Source: an uncultured Clostridia bacterium
Lineage (GTDB): Bacteria; Acidobacteriota; Blastocatellia; HR10
Direction: 5' to 3'
NCBI GenBank assembly: GCA_964615335.1
Contig: CAZTMT010000005.1
Coordinates: 107,104-171,103 of the forward strand
DNA length: 64,000 bases
Positions 1-11,114 of the stretch are shown here, piece after piece. The notes below the pieces were generated by a model. The model saw only the letters and a list, made by a program, of their open reading frames with translations, had not been told where the DNA came from and ran no database searches. The position numbers and the translations under genes are program-made. Every line of letters starts with the position of its first letter. Within the stretch, counting starts at the first letter, position 1.

Positions 1-490
1 CGAGCGTCTGCTCAATTGAGATCCCTCGCGGATAGAGGAGGAACAGATGCCAGTCTATGACGGCGAGCTTGGCCGAAGGGTTCGTGCTGAAGCCTCCGGG
101 CGCCGTCGGAGAGAGGTAATCGAAGGTCACGTTCAGGCGAGAGACGCCCTGAGGGATCTCGGTGTGGAAGGCGAAGAGGTCGCCGGAGTCGCGCCGCCAG
201 GGGATCTCGCGGCCTTGCGCTTCCAGTTTCAACCCGGCGAGGTTCACGATCGGGCCTGTCGGCCCGTGCTCGCCCGGAATCCATTTCGGATAGACGAGCA
301 CAAGCGGACCCGGCGCGACCGGGATCACCATCCGCACATGGAAGATCTTGCGAGGAGCTTCGGAGGCGTCTACCCACAGCTCAATCGGAGGGGCTTCTCG
401 CTGAAGCGAAGCTCCCGAGATCGGTCCGAACGCCAGAAGGATAACAAGGCCAACTCCCAGCGAGAACGTGCGTTGACTTCTGCTGCGCAT
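1..490 (-). CDS. Hypothetical secreted protein, 5' part only (gene continues past the window start)
   Basis: ATG at 490-488 is preceded by AAGGAGG with 6-nt spacing. The translation MRSRSQRTFSLGVGLVILLAFGPISGASLQ... has a signal-peptide-like N-terminus and protein-like composition. The track ORFs at 12..377(-) and 47..505(+) are other frames and look like GC artefacts. Confidence 0.55.
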   Translation of the reverse strand, partial: MRSRSQRTFSLGVGLVILLAFGPISGASLQREAPPIELWVDASEAPRKIFHVRMVIPVAPGPLVLVYPKWIPGEHGPTGPIVNLAGLKLEAQGREIPWRRDSGDLFAFHTEIPQGVSRLNVTFDYLSPTAPGGFSTNPSAKLAVIDWHLFLLYPRGISIEQTL

Positions 491-562
491 GTGACTCCTC
501 CTTGAGGGGGCACCTGGTCGGCCGGAGCGATCGCCGTCGGCAGAGGCGTCTGCGGCAGATCC

Positions 563-1231
563 TCACGCCAGGAACAGCTTCGAGGTCCGTTCCTTCGTGC
601 TCTGAATATGTCGCTCCATCGCGCGGCGCGCCTTGTCGGGATCGCCCTCGCGCAGGGCGTGGACGATGGCCGTGTGCTCCTCGACCAGAAGCGGACCGTA
701 AGCCCCCAGTCCGATCGTCTGATAGAAAAAGCGCTGAAGCTTGTTCTCCACTTCCGTCACAATCTCATGCAACAGACTGTTGCCCGTCGCTTCGGCGATC
801 AGCGTGTGAAACCGGAAATTGGCTCGGATGAACTCGAAGTAGCTCTTTCGATCCTCGAAGGTGTAGGAGTGTTGGCAGAGTTGCTCCAGAACATGAAGCT
901 GCTCGGGCGTGACGGCGCGAGCGGCCAGCTCGGCGCAGGCGCTCTCGACAATGAGCTGCACCTGGTAGAGCTTCTGCAGATCCTCGAAGGTGATCGGTGG
1001 GATGAGATATCCTCGGTAGGGGATGCTCTGCAGCAAGCCCTCCTTCTCCAGGAGCGTGCAGGCTTCCCGAATCGGCGTGCGACTGACCTTGAAGCGTCGC
1101 GCGAGTTCGGTCTCCGAGAAATAGTGTCCGGGTTTGAGAGCGCCGGTGATGATCTCGGCTTTGAGCCGGTCGTAGATGCCATCGGATAAAATGCGCCGTG
1201 GTGGCGCGCTCGTTGGCCGGCTTCGTCGCAT
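563..1231 (-). CDS. GntR-family transcriptional regulator with FadR/FCD C-terminal domain
   Basis: N-terminal winged helix motif (YDRLKAEIITGALKPG...LARRFKVSRTPIREA) followed by an all-helical FCD-like C-terminal domain. 222 aa. Confidence 0.8.
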   Translation of the reverse strand: MRRSRPTSAPPRRILSDGIYDRLKAEIITGALKPGHYFSETELARRFKVSRTPIREACTLLEKEGLLQSIPYRGYLIPPITFEDLQKLYQVQLIVESACAELAARAVTPEQLHVLEQLCQHSYTFEDRKSYFEFIRANFRFHTLIAEATGNSLLHEIVTEVENKLQRFFYQTIGLGAYGPLLVEEHTAIVHALREGDPDKARRAMERHIQSTKERTSKLFLA

Positions 1232-1303
1232 ACGAAGAGCCGTATTATTGCGATCGTCCCGGAGACTGTCAAGGCGCGTTCGAGAGAACGCCCGGTTGGC
1301 GTC

Positions 1304-1885
1304 TCAACGGGGCGAGGTTTCGATCAGGCGCAGGAAGCGTTCGTGGACGCGCCGGTCTTCGGTCAGCTCGGGATGGAAGGTGGCCGCCAGGCAGCGTCCC
1401 TGCTGCACGAGCACGGGGTGTCCTCCGTGTTCGGCGAGCACTTCGACGCCCGGACCGACGCGCGTGATGATGGGGGCGCGGATGTAGACCATCTCCAGGG
1501 GAGGGGGGCCCAGGGCGGGGCTGAGCGCGCGATCCACGAAGCTATTGATCTGACGGCCGTAGGCATTGCGCTGCACGGAGATGTCTATCAGGCCGAGCGA
1601 CGGTTGACGGGGATTGGTGACTTCGCGCGCCAGCAGGATCGCGCCCGCGCAGGTCCCGAAGAACGCTCCTCCCTGACGGGCGAAATCCTGAAGCGGCTCC
1701 CAGAAGCCCTCCTCCCGAAGGAACTTCAACATCGTCGTGCTCTCGCCGCCAGGGAGAATCAAGCCCGATATCTCGCGCAATTGCTCGGGATGTCGCACCT
1801 CGCACCAGGGCACGCCGAGCTGCTGCAGGACGCGCCCGTGAGCGGCGAAATCTCCTTGAACGGCCAGCACCCCGATCCTGCGCAT
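1304..1885 (-). CDS. pdxT: Pyridoxal 5'-phosphate synthase glutaminase subunit PdxT
   Basis: Class I glutamine amidotransferase motifs (GVLAVQGDF, GTCAG with catalytic Cys, HPE). Lies immediately downstream of pdxS. Confidence 0.9.
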   Translation of the reverse strand: MRRIGVLAVQGDFAAHGRVLQQLGVPWCEVRHPEQLREISGLILPGGESTTMLKFLREEGFWEPLQDFARQGGAFFGTCAGAILLAREVTNPRQPSLGLIDISVQRNAYGRQINSFVDRALSPALGPPPLEMVYIRAPIITRVGPGVEVLAEHGGHPVLVQQGRCLAATFHPELTEDRRVHERFLRLIETSPR

Positions 1886-1888
1886 CGC

Positions 1889-2773
1889 TCACCATCCGCG
1901 CGTTTGCAAAAGCTCCTCTTTGGCCAGCCGGGAGACATCCAGCCCGCGCATGGGTTCGCCCAGCTCCTCGCTCGCCTCCAGAATCATCTTGGGATCGTTA
2001 TAATAGGTCACGGCCTTGACGATCGCGCGGGCGCGTCGCGCGGGATCTTCGGATTTGAAGATCCCCGATCCGACGAAGACAGCCTCCGCCCCCAATTGCA
2101 TGCAGAGCGCCGCGTCGGCCGGAGTGGCAATGCCTCCGGCGGCGAAGTTGGGAACGGGCAAGCGCCCGTGTTCGGCGACCCATTGGACCAATTCGTAGGG
2201 AGCGCCCAGGCGTTTGCTCTCAGCCATCAACTCCTCTTTGGGGAGGACCGTCAGGCGCCGGATGGCATCCATGACGTGGCGGAGATGGCGGACGGCTTCG
2301 ACGATGTTCCCCGAGCCCGCTTCGCCCTTCGTGCGAATCATGGCCGCGCCCTCAGCGATGCGGCGCAAGGCCTCTCCGAGATCGCGCGCGCCGCAGACGA
2401 AGGGGACTTTGAACTGGTGTTTGTCAATATGATGCTCCTCGTCGGCGGGTGTGAGCACCTCGCTCTCGTCAATGAAATCCACGCCCAGCTCTTGCAAGAT
2501 CTGCGCCTCGACGAAATGGCCGATGCGCACTTTCGCCATCACGGGAATGGAGACGGCTTCCATGATCTCCCGAATCCGCCGGATCGAGGCCATGCGGGCT
2601 ACGCCCCCTTCGGCGCGAATGTCCGCCGGCACGCGCTCCAGAGCCATCACGGCGACAGCCCCTGCTTCCTCGGCAATGCGGGCTTGCTCGGCCGTGGTGA
2701 CGTCCATGATGACGCCCCCTTTGAGCATTTCGGCCAATCCGACCTTCACGCGGAACAGATCATCCATCCTCAT
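1889..2773 (-). CDS. pdxS: Pyridoxal 5'-phosphate synthase lyase subunit PdxS
   Basis: Highly conserved PdxS/SNZ sequence ([36 protein letters not shown]). 294 aa. Confidence 0.95.
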   Translation of the reverse strand: MRMDDLFRVKVGLAEMLKGGVIMDVTTAEQARIAEEAGAVAVMALERVPADIRAEGGVARMASIRRIREIMEAVSIPVMAKVRIGHFVEAQILQELGVDFIDESEVLTPADEEHHIDKHQFKVPFVCGARDLGEALRRIAEGAAMIRTKGEAGSGNIVEAVRHLRHVMDAIRRLTVLPKEELMAESKRLGAPYELVQWVAEHGRLPVPNFAAGGIATPADAALCMQLGAEAVFVGSGIFKSEDPARRARAIVKAVTYYNDPKMILEASEELGEPMRGLDVSRLAKEELLQTRGW

Positions 2774-2923
2774 GCCGTTTCCTCCCTCCTGACCTCGGGG
2801 ATTGGAGCGAGCCCCCTTCTGAGATCGTAAAGCGGGAATCTCTTCCCCCTCGAAGGGGTCCTGCCCGGAGCCGATCGTTCGCTCGTACGGCCCATCCTCT
2901 TCATCGCTTCCAAGCCAGAAGCG

Positions 2924-2953
2924 ATTATACTCGAACTCTCAGGAGGAGGGCAA
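2924..2953 (-). promoter_or_regulatory. Sigma70-type promoter for pdxST (TTGCCC-N18-TATAAT on the minus strand), giving a ~145-nt leader
   Basis: Perfect TATAAT (revcomp at 2924-2929) and -35 TTGCCC (revcomp at 2948-2953) with an 18-bp spacer. The leader contains perfect hairpins (CGCTTC..GAAGCG, CCCCTTCGAGGGG). Confidence 0.45.
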
Positions 2954-3024
2954 AATCCCTTTTTGCGGAAATCCCCGCCGCACGAAGCGACCTTTGGGCC
3001 GGCGGTCCGAGGACGCGGGACTCG

Positions 3025-3408
3025 TCAGAGAGGTCGCCGTTCCGGCGCCAGATCCGCCCCCTCGCCCAGGCGACGGTCGCCGGAACGATAGCTCCTGAGC
3101 ACCTGGTCGAGCAATTCGCCCGCTTCTGCGCTGCGCTGCGCCAGTTGAGCGTCCAACTGCTCGTACCGCTGCTTCATCTGATGCAACTCGTCGGCGATCA
3201 GCAACGCCGCCAAAATGGCGACCTTCAGGGAGTCCACCGTGAGGGTCTTCGAGGCGATCTCGCGCATGTGGCGATCCACATACGCGGCCAGTTGCTGGAT
3301 GTACTCGGCGTTGCCGTCGGCGCGCAAGTTGTAGGTTTGATTGTAGATCTCGACTTTCACTGTTTGTGTGCGCGTTGTCTCCATAGGCTCCTGCGTTCCT
3401 CGTCTCAT
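3025..3408 (-). CDS. zapA: Cell division protein ZapA
   Basis: ZapA-like sequence (VKVEIYNQTYNLRADGNAEYIQQLAAYVDRHMREI) with a coiled-coil C-terminus. The ATG at 3408 overlaps the upstream stop (ATGA). An alternative ATG at 3384 follows AGGAG. Confidence 0.75.
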   Translation of the reverse strand: MRRGTQEPMETTRTQTVKVEIYNQTYNLRADGNAEYIQQLAAYVDRHMREIASKTLTVDSLKVAILAALLIADELHQMKQRYEQLDAQLAQRSAEAGELLDQVLRSYRSGDRRLGEGADLAPERRPL

Positions 3409-3689
3409 CGCATGGAATCCACCATCTCCTGCTCCAGAACCGAGAGAGCTTCGAGCATGGCTTCGATCTTGAGCTTGATCGCATCGCGTTCGGTCAGCAG
3501 GCGCTCCACCTGAGCTTCCAGGCGATCTTTCTCGGCCAAAAGCGCGCTGATCTCTCGCCGCATCGTCAGGATCTCTTTCTCCAGCGCTTCCTTCTCTTGC
3601 CGCAGAGCCTTAAACTGCTCAATGGCGCGGTAGATCTTATCTTCCAGGTGCGCGAACTTTTCCAGCCCACTTAATCCCGCCACGATCAT
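3405..3689 (-). CDS. ZapB-like coiled-coil cell-division protein (DUF904-like)
   Basis: LSGLEKFAHLEDKIYRAIEQFKALRQEKEALEKE... is fully coiled-coil and resembles the ZapB family. The ORF is open to 3746; start chosen at the internal ATG after GGGGAGGG. Confidence 0.55.
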   Translation of the reverse strand: MIVAGLSGLEKFAHLEDKIYRAIEQFKALRQEKEALEKEILTMRREISALLAEKDRLEAQVERLLTERDAIKLKIEAMLEALSVLEQEMVDSMR

Positions 3690-3772
3690 CCCTCCCCACG
3701 ACGCACAACTGAACCGTATTGTACTCCGATAGGCCGGATCTGGCAACTCCTTTTTTCCCGCGCGGACCCGCG

Positions 3773-5824
3773 TCAGGCGCGCGGCTCGATCCGAAACCGC
3801 TCGCGCAGGTGCGCCAGAAGACGCGCCTGGATCTCGGTGATCTCCTCTTCGGTCAGCGTGCGGTCCTCCGCCTGCAGGCGGACGCTGATTGAGAGCGAGC
3901 GTTTCTCGGCCGGGATATTCGGGCCCACGTAGACGTCAAAGAGACGCACGTCGGCGATCTCCGGAATTCCCAGCTCCGCAATACTGCGCTCGATCTCGGC
4001 GTAGGAGACTCCGCGGGGGACCAGCAGCGAGAAGTCGCGGACGACGGCGGGGAATCGAGGCAGCGGCTGGTATCGGATCGCTTCCCCTTCGGCACGGAGG
4101 AGCTTCTCCAAATCGAGTTCGGCGACAAAGACCGGTTGCTTGAACTTGAAAAGAGCGGCCACGCGCGGATGGAGCTGCCCGAAATCCCCGATCACTTCTC
4201 CTTCAAGGAGCAGACGGGCCGATTGGCCCGGATGCAAATATTCCTGCGGGGAGGTGTCGAAGGTGATGCGCCGAAGGCGCAGCTTGTCGAGCAGGGCTTC
4301 GAGCGCCCCCTTCATCTCGTAGAATCCGAACGGGCGCTGATGCTCTCGCCACGCACGCTCGTTGAGCAGGCCCGTCGCCACAAGTCCCAGCCGCTCTCGC
4401 TCCTGGGGTCGTTCTCCCATCCCGCCGGCGAAGAAGCAACGCCCGATCTCATACAGGCGCACCGAGCGCACCCCATGATGCAGGTTTCGCAGCACCGATT
4501 CGAGCAGGCCCGGCAGCAGACTCGTCCGCAGTTGCGCGCGCGTCTCATCGAGCGGGTTCTTCAAACGGCAAACGCGCACCTCTTCTCCCCGGAAGAGGGC
4601 GTCCCATTGCTCGTTGACGAAGCTGAAGGTGATCGCTTCGCTGAAGCCCAGCGCCGAGAGGACCGCACGCACGGCGCGCCGCTTCTCTTCGCCGGGCAGC
4701 AATTCTCCGTAGCCGTTCCACGCCGGCAGCGTCATGGGAATCGCTTCGTATCCGACGTGTCGGGCGATCTCTTCGACCAGATCATCCTCCCCGTCAATAT
4801 CCACGCGGAAGCTCGGCGGCGTCGCCCAGAGCTGCTCCGAGTCCGCGCGCTCGACATGGAACCCGAGGGCGCCGAGAATGCGTAGGGCTTCCTCCCAGGG
4901 GACATCAAACCCCAGAAGGCGGCGCACGCGCTGACGCCGCAAACGCACGGGCTCACGCCGGAGAGGATGGGGGTAGACATCCAGAGCCCCGCGCAGAACG
5001 CGCCCTCCGGCGACCTTCTGAATGAGCCCAGCCGCGCGATCGGCCGCGCGCCGAGGCGCGCCGTAATCGGCGCCGCGCTCGAAACGGTAGGAGGCTTCGG
5101 TGCTCATGGCGAGGGCTCGCGCCGTGCGCCGGATCGAGAGGGGATGAAAGTAAGCGCTCTCCAGAAGCACGTCGCGCGTCGTCTCAGAGATCCCCGTTTC
5201 CTCTCCCCCCATGATCCCGGCCAGAGCGACAGGGCGCGCAGCGTCAGCGATCACCAGCATATCCTCGCGCAGCGTTCGCTTCACCCCATCCAGCGTCACC
5301 AGCAGCTCGCCCGCGCGCGCCCGGCGCACGACGATGCGTCGCCCGATGAGCTTCTCCAGATCGAACGCATGAAGGGGATGGCCCAATTCCAGAAGGACGA
5401 GATTCGTGATGTCCGTGACATTGTTGATGCTGCGCTGGCCCAGCCGCTCCAATCGCTCCGCGATCCACGGCGGCGAAGGGCCGACGCGTACTCCGCGAAT
5501 CACCCGCGCGACGTATCGGGGGCAGAGATCGGGGTCCTGAATCTCCACCGACGTCACGCGCGCCGTCTCTTCGTCATCTTCTTCGAGATGGGCCTCCGGG
5601 TATCGGACGGATGTGCCGCAGAGGACGGCGATCTCGCGCGCCACGCCCAGATGCGAGAGACAATCGGGCCGATTCGACGTCAGATCTAACTCCAGAAGGA
5701 AATCTCCATCCTTCTCCTCCACGCGATCCACAGCCAAACCCACCTGCGTGAGTCTTTCGGCCAGCTCGCGCGGCGAGAGATCGAAATCCACCAGCTCCTT
5801 CAACCAGCGGTAGCTGACTCTCAT
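3773..5824 (-). CDS. pheT: Phenylalanine--tRNA ligase beta subunit
   Basis: N-terminus [16 protein letters not shown] is the canonical PheT start. 683 aa with B3/4, B5 and FDX-ACB-like regions. Lies downstream of pheS. Confidence 0.95.
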   Translation of the reverse strand: MRVSYRWLKELVDFDLSPRELAERLTQVGLAVDRVEEKDGDFLLELDLTSNRPDCLSHLGVAREIAVLCGTSVRYPEAHLEEDDEETARVTSVEIQDPDLCPRYVARVIRGVRVGPSPPWIAERLERLGQRSINNVTDITNLVLLELGHPLHAFDLEKLIGRRIVVRRARAGELLVTLDGVKRTLREDMLVIADAARPVALAGIMGGEETGISETTRDVLLESAYFHPLSIRRTARALAMSTEASYRFERGADYGAPRRAADRAAGLIQKVAGGRVLRGALDVYPHPLRREPVRLRRQRVRRLLGFDVPWEEALRILGALGFHVERADSEQLWATPPSFRVDIDGEDDLVEEIARHVGYEAIPMTLPAWNGYGELLPGEEKRRAVRAVLSALGFSEAITFSFVNEQWDALFRGEEVRVCRLKNPLDETRAQLRTSLLPGLLESVLRNLHHGVRSVRLYEIGRCFFAGGMGERPQERERLGLVATGLLNERAWREHQRPFGFYEMKGALEALLDKLRLRRITFDTSPQEYLHPGQSARLLLEGEVIGDFGQLHPRVAALFKFKQPVFVAELDLEKLLRAEGEAIRYQPLPRFPAVVRDFSLLVPRGVSYAEIERSIAELGIPEIADVRLFDVYVGPNIPAEKRSLSISVRLQAEDRTLTEEEITEIQARLLAHLRERFRIEPRA

Positions 5825-5857
5825 ACGTCGGTATGTCCCCGCGCCAGAGAACGCATC

Positions 5858-6886
5858 TCAGAAGCCGAACTGTTCGAGGAACCGAAGATCGTTTTCATAT
5901 AAGAGCCGGATATCGTCCAAACCGTAAAGCAGCGCCGCCATGCGATCCAGGCCCAGGCCGAAGGCGAATCCGGTGAACTCCTCCGGATCAATCGAGACGC
6001 CTCGCAGCACGCGCGGGTGCACCATGCCGCACCCTCCCAGCTCGATCCACCCCGCCCCTTTGCAGACGCGGCAGCCTCTTCCCTGACAAACGAAGCAACT
6101 GAAGTCCACTTCGGCGCTCGGCTCCGTGAAAGGGAAGTAGCTCGGACGGAAGCGCGTGCGCACCTGCGGCCCGAACATCCGCCGGACGAATTCTTGCAGC
6201 GTCCCTTTCAGATCGCCCATCGTGATCTCGCGATCCAGCGCCAATCCCTCGACCTGAAAGAACATGGGATTGTGCGTCGGATCGGGCGTATCGCGGCGGA
6301 AGACCTTCCCCGGCGCGATGATGCGCAGCGGAGGACGGCGCCGCTCGAGGGTTCGGATCTGCACGGTCGAGGTCTGCGTGCGCAGGGCCAGGTCCTCGCT
6401 CAGATAGAACGTGTCCTGGGCTTCGCGCGCGGGATGTCCGGGGGGGATGTTCAGGGCGTCGAAGTTATAGTAGCTCGTCTCGACCTCGGGACCGTCTTCG
6501 ACGGAATAGCCCATGGAGACGAAGATGTCTTCGATCTGCTGGCGGATGAGGGTGATCGGATGTCGGGCGCCGAACGAGGGTCTCAATCCCGGCAGCGTGA
6601 TGTCCAGGCGCTCTCGCTCGAAGCGCTCGGCTTCGGCCTGTTCTTCCAGTCGGAGGCGGAGCTGCTCGAGCGCCGTTTCGGCTTCTTCTTTCAGCTCGTT
6701 GAGCAGACGTCCGATCTCCCGACGCTGCTCCGGAGCCAGCGCGCCCAGCTCTTTGATGAGCTGCGTGATCAGGCCGCTTTTGCGCCCCAGATACCGATCG
6801 CGCACGCGGGCCAGGGCCGAGAGATCCGCGACCTGTTGCAGCTCCGCGCGCAATTGGGCGCGCACTTCTTCGATGCGCTCGCGCAT
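5858..6886 (-). CDS. pheS: Phenylalanine--tRNA ligase alpha subunit
   Basis: Class II aaRS motifs ([32 protein letters not shown]). Start set at the internal ATG (MRERIEEV...) to avoid overlap with rplT. Confidence 0.92.
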   Translation of the reverse strand: MRERIEEVRAQLRAELQQVADLSALARVRDRYLGRKSGLITQLIKELGALAPEQRREIGRLLNELKEEAETALEQLRLRLEEQAEAERFERERLDITLPGLRPSFGARHPITLIRQQIEDIFVSMGYSVEDGPEVETSYYNFDALNIPPGHPAREAQDTFYLSEDLALRTQTSTVQIRTLERRRPPLRIIAPGKVFRRDTPDPTHNPMFFQVEGLALDREITMGDLKGTLQEFVRRMFGPQVRTRFRPSYFPFTEPSAEVDFSCFVCQGRGCRVCKGAGWIELGGCGMVHPRVLRGVSIDPEEFTGFAFGLGLDRMAALLYGLDDIRLLYENDLRFLEQFGF

Positions 6887-6921
6887 CGCCGGGATCTCCT
6901 CGCCGATCGGAGCGCTTCCGG

Positions 6922-7290
6922 TCAGCTCGACGGCGCCGCGAGGGCTTCTTTGGCCGCCGCGGCCAATTCGGCGAAGGCCGCCGCGTCGCAAACCGCCAGA
7001 TCAGCCAGGACCTTTCGATCCATCGCGATGCCGGCCCGCTTGAGCCCGTGCATGAATTGCGCGTAGTTCAATCCGTTCAGACGCGCGGCGGCATTGATGC
7101 GAATGATCCAGAGCCGGCGGAAGTCGCGCTTCTTGAGCCGCCGTCCGATGTAGGCGAATTTCCAGGCGCGTTGCACGGCCTCTTTGGCATACCGGTGGAG
7201 CCGGCTCTTAGCCCCCCAATACCCTTTGGCCAGGCGCAAGTACTTCTTGCGCCGCTGCACGCGCTTATGACCGCGTTTGACTCGTGGCAT
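6922..7290 (-). CDS. rplT: 50S ribosomal protein L20
   Basis: [26 protein letters not shown]... is the canonical L20 sequence. Confidence 0.95.
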   Translation of the reverse strand: MPRVKRGHKRVQRRKKYLRLAKGYWGAKSRLHRYAKEAVQRAWKFAYIGRRLKKRDFRRLWIIRINAAARLNGLNYAQFMHGLKRAGIAMDRKVLADLAVCDAAAFAELAAAAKEALAAPSS

Positions 7291-7334
7291 GGTCGTTCAC
7301 TCCCGGATCCAGAGTGGTGCCTGAGAGCGCCTCT

Positions 7335-7538
7335 TCACTCCCGGCCATAGGGGAGCAGGCGCGTGACACGTCGGACATCGGTCGGGTCCACGTAGGTATC
7401 CCGATCGAGCTGCCTCTTGCGCTTCGGCGACTTCTTGGTCAGCAAGTGGCGGGCATGAGAATGTCCCCGCTTGATCTTCCCCGTCGCCGTCAGGCGAAAT
7501 CGCTTGTACGCTCCCCGGTGTGTCTTCAGTTTCGGCAT
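7335..7538 (-). CDS. rpmI: 50S ribosomal protein L35
   Basis: [24 protein letters not shown]... is the canonical L35 sequence. Confidence 0.95.
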   Translation of the reverse strand: MPKLKTHRGAYKRFRLTATGKIKRGHSHARHLLTKKSPKRKRQLDRDTYVDPTDVRRVTRLLPYGRE

Positions 7539-7568
7539 TCTCTCCTCCTTCCTTGCATGCGCTCAGCG

Positions 7569-8102
7569 TCACGACTTCCCGTGCTTCTTCGGGGCGAAGA
7601 CGGCCACCAGATTGTTCCCCTCCAGACGCGGAGGAGACTCGACGATGGCCACCGGCGAGAGATCGGCGATCAACCGCTGGAGGATCTGCTCGCCCAGGTC
7701 CTTGTGCACGATCTCGCGCCCGCGGAAGTGGACGATCGCTTTCACCTTATCCCCCTCGTTCAAGATGCGCTGGGCATTGCGCATCTTGAACTCGTAGTCG
7801 TGGTCGTCAGTCGCCGGACGCAGCTTGATCTCTTTGACCGTGATGATCGTCTGTCGCTTCTTGGCCTCTTGCGCCTTCTTCTTTTGCTCGTAGAGATATT
7901 TCCCGTAGTCAATGATGCGACAGACGGGGGGATCGGCCTGCGGGGCGACTTCGACCAGATCCAGATCGCGTTCCCGTGCCAGCGCCAGCGCTTCCCGAAG
8001 GCTCATGATCCCAATCTGGCGGCCATTCTCATCCACGACCCGGACGCGTTCGGCCCGGATCCGCTCATTGACGCGATAGCGTAAGCCGTGTGCGTCTCTC
8101 AT
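7569..8102 (-). CDS. infC: Translation initiation factor IF-3
   Basis: [22 protein letters not shown] and the C-terminal domain are conserved. The ORF is open to 8147; the true start is ambiguous because IF-3 often uses a non-ATG start. Confidence 0.88.
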   Translation of the reverse strand: MRDAHGLRYRVNERIRAERVRVVDENGRQIGIMSLREALALARERDLDLVEVAPQADPPVCRIIDYGKYLYEQKKKAQEAKKRQTIITVKEIKLRPATDDHDYEFKMRNAQRILNEGDKVKAIVHFRGREIVHKDLGEQILQRLIADLSPVAIVESPPRLEGNNLVAVFAPKKHGKS

Positions 8103-8180
8103 GAGACCTCGACCCCAATATGGGAGAGCCGCGCGATCTCCCTCCATCGCGCGGCGTCCTCTGGTGGGCGGACCAGGAGT

Positions 8181-10166
8181 TCACTCTCGCACGGGTATGG
8201 GGTGCGCATCGTGGGTCGGATCGCTCGTCGTCTCCTCCTGAAGGGCGCGCGTGCGCACCAGATGGAGCGCATGCTCCAGGAACGCGTCCACGGACATAAC
8301 CCCTTTCTCCCCGCGGGTGCGCTCGCGAACCGATACGGTCCCGGTCGCGGCTTCGCGGGCGCCGACGACGAGCATGAAGGGGATCTTCTGCAGTTGGGCG
8401 TGACGAATTTTCGCGCCGATCTTCTCCCCCCGCAGATCGGCTTCGACACGCAGTCCGGCCTGACAAAGGCGCTCCTGAACCGCCCGCGCGTATTCGTTCT
8501 GCTTGTCGGTGATCGGCAGGACAATGGCCTGCACCGGGGCCAGCCAGAGGGGAAACGCTCCCGCGTAGTGCTCGATCAGAATGCCGAAGAACCGTTCGAG
8601 CGATCCCAGGATCGCCCGGTGGATCATGATCGGACGATGCGGCCGATTATCCTCGCCGATGTACTCCAGATCGAAACGCTCCGGGAGGTTGAAGTCCAAC
8701 TGAATCGTCCCGAGCTGCCAATCGCGCCCGATCGCGTCCACGACTTTGATGTCAATCTTCGGCCCGTAGAAGGCGGCTTCGCCTTCGATCACCGCGTAGG
8801 AGAAGCCCACCTGTTCTAAAGCCTCAGCGAGCGTGTGCTCGGCCCACGCCCAGCGCTCCTCGCCGCCCATGTACTTGGAAGGATCGCGGGGATCGCGCAC
8901 CGAGAGTTCGACCTTGTACTGAAAGCCGAACGTGCGATAGACCAGCTCGGCCAGATCCAGACACCCCACGATCTCCTGCCGGAGCGTCTCCGGAGTACAG
9001 AAGATGTGGGCGTCATCCTGAGTGAATCCGCGCACGCGCAAAAGCCCGTGCAGCACACCGCTTCGCTCGTAGCGATAGACGGTCCCGAATTCGGCCAGTC
9101 GAATGGGCAGCTCCCGATAGCTGCGGGGGCGCGAGGCATAAATGCCGATGTGAAACGGACAGTTCATCGGCTTGAGTTGATACGGGATCTCTTCGACCGA
9201 CATCGGCGCGTACATGGATTCGCGGTAAAACTCCACGTGGCCGGATCGCTCCCAAAGCCGATACTGAGCGATGTGAGGCGTGTACACCAGCCCATATCCG
9301 CGCCGCAGTAGCTCGTGCTTGAGGAAGTCCTCGATCTCCTTGCGGATGATCCCCCCCTTGGGGTGCCAGAAGATCAATCCGGGTCCGTAGTCCTCGTGGA
9401 TGCTGAACAGATCCAGCTCGCGCCCGAGCTTGCGATGGTCCCGCCGCTGGGCTTCCTCGCGGCGCCGGAGGAACTGCTGCAGCTCCTCCTCGGTGAAGAA
9501 AGACGTCCCGTAGATGCGTTGCATCTGCGGTCCGCGCTCATCGCCGCGCCAGTACGCCCCGGCCAGGCTCAGAAGCTTGAAGGCCTTGATGTAGCCGGTC
9601 GAGGGAATGTGCGGTCCCGTGCAGAAGTCAATCATGTGGTCGCCCAGCTTATAGCAACTGACGATGTCCCCTCCTTTATCGGTGATCAGCTCGCACTTCA
9701 GGTGATCCCCCATCTGCGCGAAGAAGCGCAGAGCTTCCTCCTTGGGAATCTCAATCCGTTCGTAGGGGATATCGCGCTCGATCAGCTCGCGCATCTTCGC
9801 CTCGATGCGCTCCAGATCCTCGGGCGTGAAGCGCTCCGGGCGAAGAAAATCATAGAAGAATCCCTCGTCAGTCGCCGGGCCGATCCCCAGAAGCGTGCCG
9901 GGGAAAAGTTCCAGCACGGCGGCCGCCAGCAGATGAGCCGTCGAATGGCGATAGACCTCCAGAGCCTCTGCCGTCCCGATGAGGACGGGCTCCACCAGGC
10001 TCCCTTCTTCGGGACGATGAGCCAGATCCACGAGCCGACCGTTAACGCGTGCGACAAGCGCCCGCTTGGCCAATTCTCCATCGGCGTGGGCAATAGCCTG
10101 GCCCGCCGTCAGTCCCGAAGGGACTTCCACCGCTTCCCGTCCAGGTAAACGAACCCAAATGCCCAT
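8181..10166 (-). CDS. thrS: Threonine--tRNA ligase
   Basis: TGS, second-additional, class II catalytic and anticodon-binding regions are present (e.g. HRDLKPEN-like, [10 protein letters not shown]). Start at the internal ATG (MGIWVRLP...). Confidence 0.93.
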   Translation of the reverse strand: MGIWVRLPGREAVEVPSGLTAGQAIAHADGELAKRALVARVNGRLVDLAHRPEEGSLVEPVLIGTAEALEVYRHSTAHLLAAAVLELFPGTLLGIGPATDEGFFYDFLRPERFTPEDLERIEAKMRELIERDIPYERIEIPKEEALRFFAQMGDHLKCELITDKGGDIVSCYKLGDHMIDFCTGPHIPSTGYIKAFKLLSLAGAYWRGDERGPQMQRIYGTSFFTEEELQQFLRRREEAQRRDHRKLGRELDLFSIHEDYGPGLIFWHPKGGIIRKEIEDFLKHELLRRGYGLVYTPHIAQYRLWERSGHVEFYRESMYAPMSVEEIPYQLKPMNCPFHIGIYASRPRSYRELPIRLAEFGTVYRYERSGVLHGLLRVRGFTQDDAHIFCTPETLRQEIVGCLDLAELVYRTFGFQYKVELSVRDPRDPSKYMGGEERWAWAEHTLAEALEQVGFSYAVIEGEAAFYGPKIDIKVVDAIGRDWQLGTIQLDFNLPERFDLEYIGEDNRPHRPIMIHRAILGSLERFFGILIEHYAGAFPLWLAPVQAIVLPITDKQNEYARAVQERLCQAGLRVEADLRGEKIGAKIRHAQLQKIPFMLVVGAREAATGTVSVRERTRGEKGVMSVDAFLEHALHLVRTRALQEETTSDPTHDAHPIPVRE

Positions 10167-10239
10167 CTTCGATCCGCATCGCGCTTCTTTACGTCTCGCC
10201 CCGTGGACGAGATCGGATCTGAAAGATACCAAATAAAAA

Positions 10240-10314
10240 TGGTAGGCGCGAGCGGATTTGAACCGCTGACCCCTACCGCGTCAAGGTAGTGCTCTCCCCC
10301 TGAGCTACGCGCCT
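10240..10314 (-). tRNA. tRNA-Val (anticodon GAC), CCA encoded
   Basis: Minus-strand sequence AGGCGCG-TA-GCTC-AGGGGGA-GAGC-A-CTACC-TTGACGC-GGTAG-GGGTC-AGCGG-TTCAAAT-CCGCT-CGCGCCT-ACCA folds as a cloverleaf. Acceptor stem is 7/7 paired, the T-loop is TTCAAAT, and the anticodon loop TTGACGC gives GAC. Confidence 0.9.
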
Positions 10315-10363
10315 AACCCATTCACTCAACGCCGGAGAATTTAGCAGAGAACGCGCCTCTCTG

Positions 10364-10696
10364 TCAAGAGGAAGCAGTTTCCTGCGCCAAGAGGACCGCT
10401 ATCCGGAGGTCTTGAACTTTCTGCACAGGGCCAGTGTTCCTGTCTGAGAGTATAAGCGTCTTGCCCGGGCGGGTTTTCTTCTGGAAGATGACCGCGTGGA
10501 ACTCATCGAAGGGGAGATCCTGGAAATGCCTCCCATTGGGCCTTCGCACGCCGGAGGGGTAAATCGCTTCAGTCACTCCACCGCCTGGCTGCGGGGCAGG
10601 CTCTCGTTGCTGTTCAAAATCCGCTTCGCCTGCCGGAGTACAACGAGCCGCAGCCCGATCTGATGCTCCTTGTTCCTCGGGAGGCAGAGTCGTCAT
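10364..10696 (-). CDS. Hypothetical protein (low confidence)
   Basis: Track ORF of 110 aa with no recognisable motifs. Sits in a ~950-bp poorly coding stretch next to tRNA-Val. Confidence 0.25.
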   Translation of the reverse strand: MTTLPPEEQGASDRAAARCTPAGEADFEQQREPAPQPGGGVTEAIYPSGVRRPNGRHFQDLPFDEFHAVIFQKKTRPGKTLILSDRNTGPVQKVQDLRIAVLLAQETASS

Positions 10697-10763
10697 CCCA
10701 CTCCTCAGGAAGTGCTTCTTCTGGTGGAAAGTGCCGAAACCTCCCTGGAGTATGACCGGAGGA

Positions 10764-11114
10764 TCAAGCTCCCTCTCTATGCCCGGTATGGAGTGAGGTC
10801 TGGCTGGTGAACCTGTTGGAGCGGAAGGTGGAGGCGATCGAAGGCCTTCGGAGGAAGGCTATCGGGAGGTTGGGGGAGCGCAGCCTGGAGACGTTCTTTC
10901 CCCCTCTCTCCTTCCCGATCTGAAAATCCGTGTGGAGGAGATCCTCTAGGCGGGTGGGCAGCTCCTCCTTGTGATAAGCCTCTAGGCTCACGGGCAGGGC
11001 TGGTTCAGCACTTTGAGGAGGCGCGTGAAGCTGTGATTGCCATCGGCTCCTGGTCTCTTTCTCCCCAGGAAGCAGATGATCTCGGTCATCGTGGGGGCTC
11101 AAGGCCGTCTCCAT
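10764..11114 (-). CDS. Hypothetical protein (low confidence)
   Basis: Track ORF of 116 aa in a different frame from the 10364-10696 ORF. Possibly a remnant or frameshifted gene. Confidence 0.25.
   Translation of the reverse strand: METALSPHDDRDHLLPGEKETRSRWQSQLHAPPQSAEPALPVSLEAYHKEELPTRLEDLLHTDFQIGKERGGKNVSRLRSPNLPIAFLRRPSIASTFRSNRFTSQTSLHTGHREGA

Noticed and set aside
12-505. Track ORFs 12..377(-) and 47..505(+) at the window start
   Set aside because: Junk-like composition. A different minus-strand frame with an AAGGAGG SD and signal peptide explains the region (partial gene 1..490).
2774-3024. Possible 6S RNA (ssrS) downstream of zapA, by analogy with the conserved zapA-ssrS arrangement
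   Set aside because: Only ~250 bp are available and most of it is taken up by the pdxS promoter and 145-nt leader. No long bulged hairpin of 6S type is apparent.
10167-10232. Longer thrS N-terminus from the ORF-track start at 10232
   Set aside because: The extension ([22 protein letters not shown]) is not ThrS-like and would run nearly into the tRNA-Val gene. The internal ATG (MGIWVRLPG...) matches the TGS-domain start.
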